A stretch of 64,000 nt of DNA. It comes from an uncultured Acidobacteriaceae bacterium (GTDB taxonomy: Bacteria > Acidobacteriota > Terriglobia > Terriglobales > Acidobacteriaceae). Both the position numbers and the translations under genes were made by a program. The notes beneath the pieces were generated by a model. The model saw only the letters and a list, made by a program, of their open reading frames with translations. It did no database searches and was not told where the DNA came from. Location of the stretch: assembly GCA_963789205.1 (NCBI GenBank), contig CAWBJV010000006.1:277865-341864 (forward strand), written 5' to 3'. This document shows, in pieces, positions 63,880-64,000 of this stretch. Each line of letters begins with the position of its first letter. Position 1 is the stretch's first letter.

Positions 63880-64000
63880 AAAGTGGGACCAGGTAAAAGA
63901 GCTGTTCGCGTTGGCCCTGGAGCGAGACCCCGAGGAGCGAAGTGATTTTTTGCGCCAGGCCTGCGGTGCCGACGACTCTCTGCGCGCCGAAATACAATCG
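63872..64000 (+). CDS. N-terminal fragment of a probable Ser/Thr protein kinase coupled to the ECF sigma factor (runs off the window)
   Basis: The ATG at 63872 overlaps the sigma stop (ATGCCTGA). 'MPEKWDQVKELFALALERDPEERSDFLRQACGADDSLRAEIQS' is open to the window end. This helical leader is typical of kinases paired with such sigma factors. The kinase domain itself is not visible. Confidence 0.45.
   Translation, partial: MPEKWDQVKELFALALERDPEERSDFLRQACGADDSLRAEIQS

Noticed and set aside
1-64000. Insertion sequences, integrases, prophage or conjugation genes
   Set aside because: No ORF shows DDE transposase, tyrosine or serine recombinase, or phage structural motifs. The att-like and bracketing repeats at 21.0/21.8 kb and 50.8/54.8 kb therefore have no visible cognate recombinase.

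Overview
A 64-kb chromosomal segment. Sampled 60-nt lines give about 60-65% GC in the core genes. Gene content and repeats look acidobacterial, which is an inference from CarboxypepD_reg-type TonB receptors, sulfatase-fold/TPR fusions, an ECF sigma factor translationally coupled to a Ser/Thr kinase, and many GC-rich palindromic intergenic hairpins. The window has three parts. (i) 0-17.7 kb holds a TonB receptor, a TPR protein, four paralogous secreted sulfatase-fold/TPR genes, a PhoU-like gene and dnaE2. All except the TPR protein are interrupted by single-base frame changes (at least 20 in total), whereas the adjacent imuB and imuA are intact. (ii) 21-50 kb is an intact housekeeping core: tRNA-Glu, rapZ, an MsbA-like ABC exporter, yicC-gmk-rpoZ-coaBC, a family-4 UDG, priA, an M50 protease, IHF-like and Hfq-like proteins, holB-tmk, an M61 peptidase, rnhB, rplS-trmD-rimM-KH-rpsP, tag, glmS and purS. 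It is interrupted by a tRNA-flanked 0.8-kb relic, a low-GC three-gene islet (two tiny proteins plus a long Dcd-like deaminase) and an in-frame toxin-antitoxin fusion. (iii) 50.8-64 kb is an accessory and regulatory region. It contains a low-GC island bracketed by repeated modules (secreted Cys peptide, 7-TM protein, XRE regulator) and a sigma-54 activator followed by a candidate UAS and -24/-12 promoter in front of a Crp/Fnr regulator. It also has an orphan LytTR regulator, three secreted beta-propeller proteins (two sharing a duplicated 100-bp leader), and an ECF sigma factor with a kinase. I recognised no rRNA, CRISPR array, transposase or integrase. All family assignments come from motif recognition by eye, not from searches.
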